64,000 bases of DNA from Minisyncoccota bacterium (GCA_041660505.1 JBAZWG010000001.1:23758-87757); one strand, 5' to 3'. Positions 49,397 to 58,833 are shown, numbered from the stretch's first letter. The notes: generated by a model from the sequence alone, not told the origin. A program made the numbers and translations.

Positions 49397-49449
49397 AGCT
49401 GCCGGAGGAAGTTGTCTTAACACCGCTTCCAAGGGCAGCTTTCTTCGTT
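49397..49449 (+). terminator. 53-bp terminator-like element C (identical to B)
   Basis: Exact 53-bp repeat of 48666-48718. Confidence 0.65.
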
Positions 49450-49471
49450 AGACCTTATTATTAGCCAAGTT

Positions 49472-49490
49472 ATCAACACCGAGTGTTGAT
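49472..49490. repeat. Palindrome family 2 (atcaacac-cga-gtgttgat), 5' copy
   Basis: 8-bp perfect arms with a 3-nt loop, about 22 bp upstream of the second transposase ATG. Confidence 0.8.
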
Positions 49491-49512
49491 ATTTCGTGAT
49501 ATACTCTCAAGT

Positions 49513-50193
49513 ATGAGAGTTATTGAAATTTGCGAGGATGAGTACTACCATGTTTTGAATCGAGGAATTAATAAGCAAAAAATCTTTCTTGATGATCGAG
49601 ACCGTGCTCGGTTTTTATTTCTTATCTTGTTTTTGCAGTCTCCTGCCCTGGTAAATAATATGAGTGATTTCGCCGCGAGATTTACAGATCTTATTCTTGC
49701 TGATGAATACAACATACTTGCGGTGAAAGAACTAGATGAACTTTGGAATAAAATGAAGGAGTCGAGGTGTGTGGAGCTCCTGGCGTTTGCACTTATGGGG
49801 AACCACTTTCATATCGCCGTTCATGCACTCAAGGATTCAGGAATAGCAACCTATTTGCAACGAGTGCAGAACGCGTATACAAAATACTTTAATATAAAAC
49901 ACGATCGGACGGGACATTTATTCCAGGGACCATACAAAGTCGTACACCAACCAGACGACGAACGTCTCATGATGCTTACTGCGTATATCCACCATAACCC
50001 GAATGAGGTTTTAGATAGTAGAGCTGAAGTTGAAGCATTCAAATGGTCTAGCTACCAGGATTACCACAACAATAATCGCTGGGGCGAGTTATTAAAGCCA
50101 GAAATAGTACTCGAACAATTTTCCAATCCCGCGGAATACCTAGAATTCGTTAACGATGGCAACGTAAAATCAACACCGAGTGTTGATAAATAG
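49513..50193 (+). CDS. IS200-like / REP-associated tyrosine transposase (Y1 HUH), copy 2
   Basis: YYHVLNRG ... GNHFHIAVH (HuH) ... GPYKVVHQPDDERLMMLTAYIHHNP (Tyr region). Diverged from copy 1. Confidence 0.85.
   Translation: MRVIEICEDEYYHVLNRGINKQKIFLDDRDRARFLFLILFLQSPALVNNMSDFAARFTDLILADEYNILAVKELDELWNKMKESRCVELLAFALMGNHFHIAVHALKDSGIATYLQRVQNAYTKYFNIKHDRTGHLFQGPYKVVHQPDDERLMMLTAYIHHNPNEVLDSRAEVEAFKWSSYQDYHNNNRWGELLKPEIVLEQFSNPAEYLEFVNDGNVKSTPSVDK
50169..50187. repeat. Palindrome family 2, 3' copy (inside the last codons of the transposase)
   Basis: Identical atcaacaccgagtgttgat. Confidence 0.8.
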
Positions 50194-50277
50194 AGCTTGC
50201 AAAGGGCTATGTCGGTGCTAGACTTTATACAGCCCTGCTCTTTTCGAACGATGAGAGCATGATTGTAGGAGGTCAGC

Positions 50278-50550
50278 TTGAGCCAGATGTTCGAATATCA
50301 CGAGGTCATCGAGACTCTTGCCCGACAAAGCCGGAAGATCTCGAAAGAAATTCCGTTGGAGGACCAACGGGCTGTGCTCTCGGCAATTTCTAGGTTCGAG
50401 ACCGTTCATGGCCGTGGTGCAGTGCTCGACGTTATCTGTGCCGCATCGCGAGCCGGCAAGTTGCACGAATGCCTGAAAGCGCTCGACGCAGTGACAGACT
50501 CACCCTCGTTGCTAAACGATGTTTGTCGGCAACTGGGACTCGTTCGATGA
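50278..50550 (+). CDS. Hypothetical protein (90 aa), GC-rich orphan; TTG start
   Basis: SD gtaggaggt 9 nt upstream. High GC relative to flanks. Confidence 0.4.
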   Translation: MSQMFEYHEVIETLARQSRKISKEIPLEDQRAVLSAISRFETVHGRGAVLDVICAASRAGKLHECLKALDAVTDSPSLLNDVCRQLGLVR

Positions 50551-50692
50551 TTATCTTGGCAGGTTAAGGGGGAGCCTGTCGAAAGTACAAATCCCCCAAC
50601 CCACAAAGAACGCGTCCATGTGACGTGTTTTTTGTTTCTATTTGTCTATATATAGATATCTGCTATTATGGTGTGACACTAATTTAAATACT

Positions 50693-52438
50693 ATGGAACC
50701 AGAAAAATTGCAGAACATTCGCCATACGCTTGCTCACCTTATGGCACAGGCTGTTAAGGAGCTCTATCCGAACGCACAACTTACGCTTGGCCCGGCTATT
50801 GATACGGGGTTTTATTATGACATTGACTTTGGTGCCGACAAATTATCGGACGCTGATCTACCGAAAATAGAGAAACTGATGCGCAAGAACCTCCAGAATT
50901 GGAAAGAATTCACTCATCAAGAAGTAGACGAGGCGGGTGCAGAAAAAGCTTTTGCCGGTAATCAGTACAAACTTGAACTGGTTAAAGAAATTTCTGAACG
51001 CGGGGAGAAGATCACCCTATACACCTGCGGTAATTTTACAGACCTTTGCCGTGGCGGACACGCAGAAAATCCGTCCAAGGATATTGCACCGGACTCGTTC
51101 AAACTCGATCGTATTGCCGGGGCCTATTGGCGCGGAAGCGAGAAGAACCCTATGCTCACCAGAATCTACGGTCTGGCCTTCGAGTCAAAACCAGCGCTAG
51201 ACATGCATCTCACAATGCTCGAAGAGGCCAAAAAACGCGACCATCGTAAACTCGGCAAAGAACTGGAACTGTTTATGATCGCCGACGAAGTCGGTCCAGG
51301 TTTACCGATGTTCTACCCGAAAGGCGCAATTTTACGCCGACTTATCGAGAACTACATTATTGAAGAACAAGAGGCAAGGGGCTACGTTCCCATCTGGATT
51401 CCACATATTACAAAGGGCAAGCTCTATGAAATTTCCGGCCATTTGTCGAAATACGATGCGATGTACAATCCAATGCACATTGACGACGACGACTATTACC
51501 TTAAGCCGATGAATTGCCCGCACTTCATGATGCTCTATAAGTCACTCCCGCATTCATACAAAGAACTCCCATTACGATACACTTGTACTACTACAAATTA
51601 CCGCTATGAGAAGTCCGGCGAGCTCTCTGGCCTCACGCGCGTGCGAGCCCTCACACAAGACGACTGTCATGTGTTCTGTATGCCGGACCAGATTGAGAAT
51701 GAAATTAAGCTGATGCTCGAGATGATCGGCAACGCATATCATGTCTTCAAAATTACCGACTTCTGGGTGCGCATTTCACTTAGAGATTCTAAGGATAAAT
51801 CAAAGTACCTTGGCGACGACGATGTTTGGAATAAAGCGGAAGACGCCTTACGCAAGGTAGTGAAGGCATCCGGCTGGAAATATAAAGAAGCGGAGAATGA
51901 AGCGGCCTTCTATGGTCCCAAGCTTGACTTCATGATGAAGGATGCTATCGGCCGTGAGTGGCAAATCTCCACAATCCAACTCGACTTCAACCTGCCTAAG
52001 CGTTTCGAGCTGGAATATACCTCTAACACTGGCACAAAAGAACAACCCGTGGTGATTCACAGAGCAATCCTTGGCTCTACAGAGCGTTTTATGGGAGTAC
52101 TCATAGAGCACCTAGCCGGTAACTTCCCCACTTGGCTCTCGCCGATACAGGTTGCCATATTGCCAATCTCCGATAAGCATTTGGAATATTCAAAAAAGGT
52201 CGCCGAGAGCCTCCGAGCTTCTGGTGTCCGTGTGGAGCTTAATGAAGATAACGATACTTTGGGCAAGAAGATACGCAATGCGAAAGGTACAAAAGTGCCT
52301 TACATGCTAGTCATCGGCGATGCGGAGGTTAACGACAAAACTATTACGGTAGAGCATCGTGACAAAGGTAAGGTCGGCGCACAATCCGTCGCCGAATTCA
52401 TTGCGAATATTACTGACGAAATTAAAAATCGTAATTAA
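50693..52438 (+). CDS. thrS: Threonyl-tRNA synthetase (lacks N-terminal TGS domain)
   Basis: Editing-domain start IRHTLAHLMAQAV...GFYYDIDFG. Class II motifs. Anticodon-binding C-terminus. Confidence 0.95.
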   Translation: MEPEKLQNIRHTLAHLMAQAVKELYPNAQLTLGPAIDTGFYYDIDFGADKLSDADLPKIEKLMRKNLQNWKEFTHQEVDEAGAEKAFAGNQYKLELVKEISERGEKITLYTCGNFTDLCRGGHAENPSKDIAPDSFKLDRIAGAYWRGSEKNPMLTRIYGLAFESKPALDMHLTMLEEAKKRDHRKLGKELELFMIADEVGPGLPMFYPKGAILRRLIENYIIEEQEARGYVPIWIPHITKGKLYEISGHLSKYDAMYNPMHIDDDDYYLKPMNCPHFMMLYKSLPHSYKELPLRYTCTTTNYRYEKSGELSGLTRVRALTQDDCHVFCMPDQIENEIKLMLEMIGNAYHVFKITDFWVRISLRDSKDKSKYLGDDDVWNKAEDALRKVVKASGWKYKEAENEAAFYGPKLDFMMKDAIGREWQISTIQLDFNLPKRFELEYTSNTGTKEQPVVIHRAILGSTERFMGVLIEHLAGNFPTWLSPIQVAILPISDKHLEYSKKVAESLRASGVRVELNEDNDTLGKKIRNAKGTKVPYMLVIGDAEVNDKTITVEHRDKGKVGAQSVAEFIANITDEIKNRN

Positions 52439-52443
52439 AAAAC

Positions 52444-52905
52444 ATGAACTCAATGACAAAGTGGATATTAGGGCTAGTTGTCGTTGTTGCAGTAGCACTT
52501 CTCGTTATGAAGGATAACGAGAAGACTGTATACGCGCCGGATGACACTTCAGCTATCCAGAGTGGAGTAAACGAACCGACAAGTATTAACAAAGAACCTG
52601 TCGTCCAGAATGCTCCGTCATATACTTCGATTGTTAAAATAAAAGAGGTAACAGGTCCGGCATCAGTAGCCACAGGTTTACAGACTAATTGGGTGATCAG
52701 TGCAGAAGCACCGGGTACAGAGACAACAACATACACGGCAAACTGGGCAGACGGCTCGCCCAAAGAGTCTCAAACGAGCAGTAATGTGTTTACCCATATC
52801 TACACCAAGCCAGGTCTGTACGTAATTACCTTCACGGCAAAGAGTACAAACAGCAAGCTCGTTCAGACGCTAAAGACGGTAAACGTCGTATCGGCCAACA
52901 AGTAA
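52444..52905 (+). CDS. TM-anchored protein with PKD-like domain
   Basis: YTANWADGSP...FTHIYTKPGLYVITFTAKS matches the PKD consensus (WDFGDGS...HxYxxxGxYxV). Confidence 0.6.
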   Translation: MNSMTKWILGLVVVVAVALLVMKDNEKTVYAPDDTSAIQSGVNEPTSINKEPVVQNAPSYTSIVKIKEVTGPASVATGLQTNWVISAEAPGTETTTYTANWADGSPKESQTSSNVFTHIYTKPGLYVITFTAKSTNSKLVQTLKTVNVVSANK

Positions 52906-52908
52906 CGT

Positions 52909-54576
52909 ATGCAGAGTCCGGAACTTGCCAAACAGATCAAGACTTTCCTTGAGGGCGATGTTGAGTTTGACGACAAGACTCTAGATACTTATAGCAAGGA
53001 TACGAGCCTATTTTCTGTACGTCCGCAGATTGTTGTCTTCCCCAAACATTCCAAAGATGTTTCTGCTCTAGTAGCTTTCGTGCTCGAACAAAACGCTAGA
53101 GGCGAGAAGCTTACTCTTACCGCGCGCTCCGGCGGGACGGATATGTCCGGCGGACCGCTTACGGAATCTATTGTGGTAATATTCGGACGTTATATGAACC
53201 AACTCATTTCACTTGGCGCCCTGGGTGCCAAGTGTGCTGTTGTAGAGCCGGGTATGTTCTACCGCGACTTCGAGACCGAGACGTTGAAGAACAATTTACT
53301 CCTCCCTTCCTATCCGGCCTCACGAGAGATCTGCATGATGGGCGGTGTCGTCAACAACAATTCCGGCGGAGAGAAGACCCTGCGCTACGGCAAAACCGCA
53401 CGATATGTGTCTAAAATGAATATGATTCTCTCTGATGGAAACGAGTATGAGATAAAGAAACTTACAGAACATGAACTCTTCCTCAAGATGGTACAAGAAA
53501 ACTTCGAAGGCAGGTTTTATAAACAGCTCTACGATTTAGTAAAGAATAATTACGATTTATTGCAGGCTCGCAAACCGCAGGTATCGAAAAATTCTTCCGG
53601 CTACGCACTCTGGGACGTGTATGATCCGCAAGCCAAAACCTTCGACCTCACCCAGCTCTTCGTCGGCGCACAAGGCACGCTCGGCCTTATGACCAAGGCC
53701 GAGATCCAGCTTATCCACCCCAAACCTTATAAACGTATGCTTGTTATATTTATGAAGAGCACCGATATATTGGGCGACTTGGTGCAAGATGTGCTCAAGT
53801 TCTCGCCAGAGAGCTTCGAGTCATACGACGACAACACGATGAAGGTGGCTATCAAATTCTTCCCCGCCCTGCTCAAACGCTTGAAGGGCAGTCTGGGCTC
53901 GCTTATCATGAGCTTCTTGCCCGAAGTGGGCATGGTGCTGACAGGAGGCTTCCCCAAGCTCGTCCTGCTTGCCGAATTTACGGCCGACAGTGTTGAAGAG
54001 GCATTAGCGCAAGCAGAAAAGTGCCGAGCTGCAATCAAAGAAAAGTACAATCTAAAGATGCGCGTGACGCAAAGTGATATAGAAACAGAAGAGTATTGGG
54101 TCGTGCGCCGAGAGAGCTTTAACCTCTTGCGCAATAACGTCCACGGCATGCACACGGCGCCGTTTATCGACGACGTTGTGGTTAATCCGCAATATTTGCC
54201 GGAGTTCTTGCCTAAGCTGAATAAAATCTTCGAGCCGTACAAGATTATCTATACCGTGGCCGGGCACGTGGGTGATGGCAACTTCCACATCATCCCGCTA
54301 ATGGACTTGACCGATCCACATACCAAGGAAATAATAAAGGAGCTGGGGCCAAAAGTGTATGATCTGGTAATCTCCTATAACGGCTCAATAACAGGCGAAC
54401 ATAATGATGGCATTGTCCGCACGCCGTATATAGAGAAGGAATTCGGCAGTGAAGTTTATAAACTTTTTGTCCAAACAAAGAAAATTTTAGACCCGCTTAA
54501 TATCTTTAACCCCGGTAAAAAAGTCGGCGGCACAATAGCTTACGAAGAAGCGCATTTGCTTACGAAGAATAATTAA
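52909..54576 (+). CDS. FAD-linked oxidase (GlcD / D-lactate dehydrogenase family)
   Basis: FAD-binding PCMH-type N-terminus (RSGGTDMSGGPL). C-terminal FAD-oxidase_C. Confidence 0.85.
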   Translation: MQSPELAKQIKTFLEGDVEFDDKTLDTYSKDTSLFSVRPQIVVFPKHSKDVSALVAFVLEQNARGEKLTLTARSGGTDMSGGPLTESIVVIFGRYMNQLISLGALGAKCAVVEPGMFYRDFETETLKNNLLLPSYPASREICMMGGVVNNNSGGEKTLRYGKTARYVSKMNMILSDGNEYEIKKLTEHELFLKMVQENFEGRFYKQLYDLVKNNYDLLQARKPQVSKNSSGYALWDVYDPQAKTFDLTQLFVGAQGTLGLMTKAEIQLIHPKPYKRMLVIFMKSTDILGDLVQDVLKFSPESFESYDDNTMKVAIKFFPALLKRLKGSLGSLIMSFLPEVGMVLTGGFPKLVLLAEFTADSVEEALAQAEKCRAAIKEKYNLKMRVTQSDIETEEYWVVRRESFNLLRNNVHGMHTAPFIDDVVVNPQYLPEFLPKLNKIFEPYKIIYTVAGHVGDGNFHIIPLMDLTDPHTKEIIKELGPKVYDLVISYNGSITGEHNDGIVRTPYIEKEFGSEVYKLFVQTKKILDPLNIFNPGKKVGGTIAYEEAHLLTKNN

Positions 54577-54597
54577 GAGATTTATACATAAACACTG

Positions 54598-54622
54598 AGA
54601 CCCACCGGGTCCCAGTGGGTCT
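54598..54622. terminator. Hairpin between convergent genes
   Basis: agacccac-cgggtccca-gtgggtct. Confidence 0.45.
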
Positions 54623-54646
54623 TATCCTCGAGTCTAGCAGGCGGTC

Positions 54647-55045
54647 TTACGCCGAGAACACGGCGAGGCCGATGGCCAGGCGCAACTGCTCGAACAGAAC
54701 CGAAACGTCGTCCTGATTGATTCCTTCGGAAAACGTCCGAAGGTAAACGTAGTCCGACTCCATGCCCACGTACATTTCTCCTCGGTAGTTCGGTGGTGTC
54801 GTGACCTCGGTTGGCATTTTCGAGAGCTTGTGCTCTTGAGTTTCCGCCTCCGCTTGCTCCAGCGCGCCCGAGAAGTCGGCGAGCGTAGTGGCTACGCGTG
54901 TCCCACCGATGATGATGTCGAGGTTAGGGTTCTCGGCATCGCGTGAGTTATGGTACGCGTAGACAATCACAGATTGATTGTTTGCGTGTCTTGCAGGTAT
55001 GACAAACCTGCGGGCTTGGGCGTACTTCAGCTTTGCCTTGGCCAT
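54647..55045 (-). CDS. Hypothetical protein (132 aa), GC-rich orphan
   Basis: Strong SD gaggagg 6 nt upstream of the ATG. GC well above flanks. Confidence 0.5.
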   Translation of the reverse strand: MAKAKLKYAQARRFVIPARHANNQSVIVYAYHNSRDAENPNLDIIIGGTRVATTLADFSGALEQAEAETQEHKLSKMPTEVTTPPNYRGEMYVGMESDYVYLRTFSEGINQDDVSVLFEQLRLAIGLAVFSA

Positions 55046-55171
55046 GCTTGTTCCTCCTCTAGTCCACGTTCGGACAAGAATTTTCTGCCTGTTTCCGTTA
55101 CCGCAATAAGGCTATCACTATTAAAACTTTTCCGCAATTTATTCTCTCTTCAATGTTTATGGCCGTCTAGT

Positions 55172-55444
55172 TTAGACAATACTTACATGAAGCTTGCCAC
55201 CCACAGCATGTGCGATTTCATTCAGATAGGAAAGTGTCGGGTTTTCTGAACCGGATTCGAGACGCGCGATTGCTGACTGATGCGTACCCAAACGAGAGGC
55301 CAATTCGGCCTGAGTAAGCTTCTTTTGAATACGCTTTCTGATAATTGCCTCTATTAATTCAAATTGAGGGCCCAATGCATCGTAGGCTTTTTTTACTTCT
55401 TTATTTCGAAGCGTCTTTTTCTTAAATTGTGCGAAAGTATTCAT
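55172..55444 (-). CDS. XRE-family HTH antitoxin (HigA-like)
   Basis: LTQAELASRLGTHQSAIARLESG Cro/C1-type HTH. Immediately downstream of the toxin gene. Confidence 0.7.
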   Translation of the reverse strand: MNTFAQFKKKTLRNKEVKKAYDALGPQFELIEAIIRKRIQKKLTQAELASRLGTHQSAIARLESGSENPTLSYLNEIAHAVGGKLHVSIV

Positions 55445-55454
55445 AACCTATATG

Positions 55455-55763
55455 TTATATCAGTCTCCTTAAATTTGCAAGTGCCTTATAGAGTTCGCGT
55501 TTTGGCAACTTCCGACCTTTCTTTGTATACACATGCAGTATCCAAGCTCTACCCTTATGGAATGTGTAAAACAACCTGAGATTTTTCTTCCCAAAAATTC
55601 TGAGTTCGAACAGTCCGTTAAGTATTGGCTTGCTATGAGGCATTCCCAACAAATGACCGAAGGTTTCTAGAAGCGTCAGTGTTCTATCAACTTTAGCAAT
55701 AGTATCGGGATCTAACGCCTCAATATACCGATTAATATATCGATCAAGAAATTGAATATCCAT
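55455..55763 (-). CDS. RelE/ParE-superfamily toxin, Gp49/HigB-like
   Basis: LFELRIFGKKNLRLFYTFHKGRAWILHVYTKKGRKLPKRE matches the Gp49-like HigB family. Toxin-first gene order. Confidence 0.7.
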   Translation of the reverse strand: MDIQFLDRYINRYIEALDPDTIAKVDRTLTLLETFGHLLGMPHSKPILNGLFELRIFGKKNLRLFYTFHKGRAWILHVYTKKGRKLPKRELYKALANLRRLI

Positions 55764-55765
55764 AA

Positions 55766-57175
55766 TTAGGATGTACTTGGATTATCAACTCTTTGTAATC
55801 TACTGTTTAGCATCTCGTAAAATTCTAGCGGCATAATCTTTTTCAAGAAATATCTATCATGCGAGACGACGATGAGCGTGCCGGCATAATCCTGCAGGAT
55901 GGTTTCCAGCACTTCAAGCGCTTCGATGTCCAGATGATTGGTCGGTTCATCAAGTATTAAAGTGTTGATAGAGCGTAACGAGAAAATTATCATGAGCAAC
56001 CTCGCCCGCCCGCCCGGGCTCAATGTGGCGATAGTCTTATCCGCCTGCTCGCGCTCGAGCCCGGCATGCACCAAGGCGCGGTACGCATCGGTTACATTCA
56101 GCGTAAATGTTTCTTGCAGATAGGCAAGCACCGTCTCTTCGCGCGGTAAGGACTCATGCTCTTGCAACAGGTTCGCGAGCTTAACACCGGCTCCAATTAC
56201 AACACTCCCTGATGTTGGCGCCAGTTCACCGGTGAGAAGTTTTATCAGTGTAGATTTACCACTACCATTCGCGCCGACTATTGCAATGCGGCTCTTGGCG
56301 GGAATAAAAAGTGAGAATGGCCCGATCTTAAAACCTTGAGAATACTTGTATGCAACATCAGAAATGACAATATCATTTGACCCACCCTTCTTCGCGACAG
56401 TCAGGGGCACTTTGAACGGTTGTTCGAATATCGGCTTCTCGATTTTTTCTATTCTGTCTATTCTTTTTTCTAACGCCTTGGCAGTCTTCGCACTGCGAAT
56501 TGCCTGGTCGCGATAGAATCCCTGCAAGATTTTATCTTTGTCAGAAACTTTGTGCTTACCGCCTCGCAAGGCGTCTTCTTTTTTATCTTTTACATTCTGT
56601 ACGAGGCGCGAAATTTCTTCTTGTTGTAAACGATAGGCCGTCTGCACGCGTGCTCGCTCCGCCTCTTTACGCGCTAGATATTCACTATACGTCCCGCGAG
56701 TAGCAGAGAGCGTGTGGGTGTTGGCGTCGAGCTCGAAGACCGCCGTCGCTACTCTGTCCAGGAACATACGGTCGTGCGAGACGATGAGGCAAGCGGCTTT
56801 GGTGTTAATGAGAAGTTCTTCGAGCCAAGCCAATGATGCCAGGTCGAGATTATTCGTCGGCTCATCCAGGAGCAACAGCTCCGGCTCTTTTGCCAGGGCG
56901 TCCATGAGTAGTTTCTTGGTCTTCTGACCACTGCTTAGGCCGGCGTCGTGCAAACTGGTATCTTGCATCACGTAAGCAATATTCTTCCCTGCCGACAAAT
57001 GAACCTTGCCGGAGTCTGCTTCTTCCAACCCAGCCAATATTTTTAGCAACGTCGATTTACCGGACCCGTTATGGCCGACCAACGCGACCTTCTCCCCTGC
57101 TTCGATGGTGAAGGAGATGTCGTCCAATATTGTGCGCGTACCGAAGCTTTTGTGAAGTTTGGTGACTTTAAGCAT
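55766..57175 (-). CDS. ABC-F family ATPase (two tandem NBDs, no TMD)
   Basis: Two Walker A sites (GHNGSGKST, GANGSGKST). Two LSGGQ-like signatures (LSSGQKTK, LSPGGRARL). Inter-domain linker. Confidence 0.9.
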   Translation of the reverse strand: MLKVTKLHKSFGTRTILDDISFTIEAGEKVALVGHNGSGKSTLLKILAGLEEADSGKVHLSAGKNIAYVMQDTSLHDAGLSSGQKTKKLLMDALAKEPELLLLDEPTNNLDLASLAWLEELLINTKAACLIVSHDRMFLDRVATAVFELDANTHTLSATRGTYSEYLARKEAERARVQTAYRLQQEEISRLVQNVKDKKEDALRGGKHKVSDKDKILQGFYRDQAIRSAKTAKALEKRIDRIEKIEKPIFEQPFKVPLTVAKKGGSNDIVISDVAYKYSQGFKIGPFSLFIPAKSRIAIVGANGSGKSTLIKLLTGELAPTSGSVVIGAGVKLANLLQEHESLPREETVLAYLQETFTLNVTDAYRALVHAGLEREQADKTIATLSPGGRARLLMIIFSLRSINTLILDEPTNHLDIEALEVLETILQDYAGTLIVVSHDRYFLKKIMPLEFYEMLNSRLQRVDNPSTS

Positions 57176-57179
57176 TCAA

Positions 57180-57941
57180 CTATTGTGCAGAAGGTGCGGA
57201 GGTAGTAGGTGTACTTGTGGCCTCTGAAGTCTTATTGAAAGCCTTCAATCCCTTCATGATGGTCTCAATATCTTTGCGGGCGTCGTGGAGATCGCTCGTG
57301 CCGACTTTAATATCTGCTCGGGCAGATTTGAGGGCGGCTTGATTCGCCTTAGCTACAGCCTTATCCCCATTGTCCGGCACTAGCGGTGCAACGTAATTAA
57401 TAGCAGCTGATGCCTGGATGCTGGCGTCTGCGAGCTTAGCATTCAGATCAGTAAGTGCCGTCTGCAGAGCCGTCACATCCTTGCCCGCCGTTTGAGCTTC
57501 ATTGATGCGCGTTTGGAGCTTGCCGGAGAGTGTGGTCATCATACCGACGAGAGTCGCAATGCGGTCTGCGGCGGCGATGAGATGCCCGCGCGGGATTATA
57601 AGGGCATATACGCGATATGAACCGAGAATCGACTTCTCGTCTTCGCGGGCTGTGGCTAATTCGGTATCGGCGTCTATCTTGGCTTTGAGCGCAGTGAGCT
57701 CACCGACATTATTTTGCACATCGGCGGCGATACTCGTCTTCTGGTCCGCACTCACGTTCTTCATTTCCTGGACACGAGCCATTAGCGTATTCAAATCAGC
57801 GATGCGTGCATCAATCTGCTTGTCCGAGCGGGCAATAACAGTCTCGAGCTGGGTTGCGGCGAGAGCCGGCGTCGCAGAACCAAGCAAGACAACCGTACCG
57901 AGTGCCAATGCGATTTTAGCGGTTATATTATATTTCATCAT
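57180..57941 (-). CDS. Secreted Ala/Thr-rich coiled-coil protein (DUF5667-like)
   Basis: Signal peptide MMKYNITAKIALALGTVVLLGSATPALA. Helical repeats. Confidence 0.55.
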   Translation of the reverse strand: MMKYNITAKIALALGTVVLLGSATPALAATQLETVIARSDKQIDARIADLNTLMARVQEMKNVSADQKTSIAADVQNNVGELTALKAKIDADTELATAREDEKSILGSYRVYALIIPRGHLIAAADRIATLVGMMTTLSGKLQTRINEAQTAGKDVTALQTALTDLNAKLADASIQASAAINYVAPLVPDNGDKAVAKANQAALKSARADIKVGTSDLHDARKDIETIMKGLKAFNKTSEATSTPTTSAPSAQ

Positions 57942-57971
57942 AGAAGTTTTATGTTTATTTGTTAATGAAGA

Positions 57972-58220
57972 TTACTGCGTCGCGCTGGCTTTGTCTGCGT
58001 TGGCGGCGTCGGCAGTGAGGCCATTAAGCTCTGCGTCAATAATTGCGGCATCATTTGCCAAACCTGTATCTGTTGTATCTATTACAACCGTAGGTGTGGT
58101 TGTTGCCTGCTCTTCCGTTGTCTGTGCGACCGGAGTAGAAGAACTGCTCATCATCCAGAAGAACCAAAAGATAACCAATACCACAATGATACTTATGATC
58201 GCTTTTATTGTGCTAGACAT
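57972..58220 (-). CDS. Small TM-anchored Thr-rich protein (hypothetical)
   Basis: 82 aa. N-terminal TM. Low-complexity tail. Confidence 0.4.
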   Translation of the reverse strand: MSSTIKAIISIIVVLVIFWFFWMMSSSSTPVAQTTEEQATTTPTVVIDTTDTGLANDAAIIDAELNGLTADAANADKASATQ

Positions 58221-58387
58221 ACAATATATAGTTAAATAAATAAAGTCTTAAAATTTCTTTAAGCTCCAATATTGAGTATACACCCGTCGCTTGTATTGTC
58301 TAGTTTATAAATAACTATTTACAGATTACCAATCGTATGTTATTATGACAAGCAGATGGCGGATGTGTTCCGTCGAAAGGAAGGTGG

Positions 58388-58816
58388 ATGATGGTCGACA
58401 ACGACCGTCAGGCAGCATTAGAGGAGATGGAAGCCGCGCTTCAGGAGAAGCGCGTGCTGTACACACTCGGAGACTCGGAAGGCAAGGTCCTCGAGTCGAT
58501 TCGAGAGCGGCACGAGGTCCACTGCTGGTTGGGCCGTGAGCCGTTCAGCTCGACCGAGACCTGTGAGTCACTCACGAGAAGCAACACGCCCGAGGCCGAG
58601 TTCCGTGTTCACGACATCATGGTCGCGAAGGACCGTCTGGGTGTGGAGCTCCTCATCGCCGAGGGATCGATCAGAGTTACGGGTTACACCGAGGGCAAGA
58701 ACATCCTCGGAAACATGACCGGATTCAGGTCGGTCAGGGCCCGGCTCTACATCCCCCGGGGGGCGCCTGTCCCCACCCCTGCATTTTTTGTTCTTGGGGA
58801 GCTCGTGCACGAGTAG
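58388..58816 (+). CDS. Hypothetical protein (142 aa) in a ~60% GC island
   Basis: SD ggaaggtgg upstream. Followed by a strong terminator. Composition sharply different from the genome. Confidence 0.5.
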   Translation: MMVDNDRQAALEEMEAALQEKRVLYTLGDSEGKVLESIRERHEVHCWLGREPFSSTETCESLTRSNTPEAEFRVHDIMVAKDRLGVELLIAEGSIRVTGYTEGKNILGNMTGFRSVRARLYIPRGAPVPTPAFFVLGELVHE

Positions 58817-58833
58817 CACAGCTCTCCCTACTG

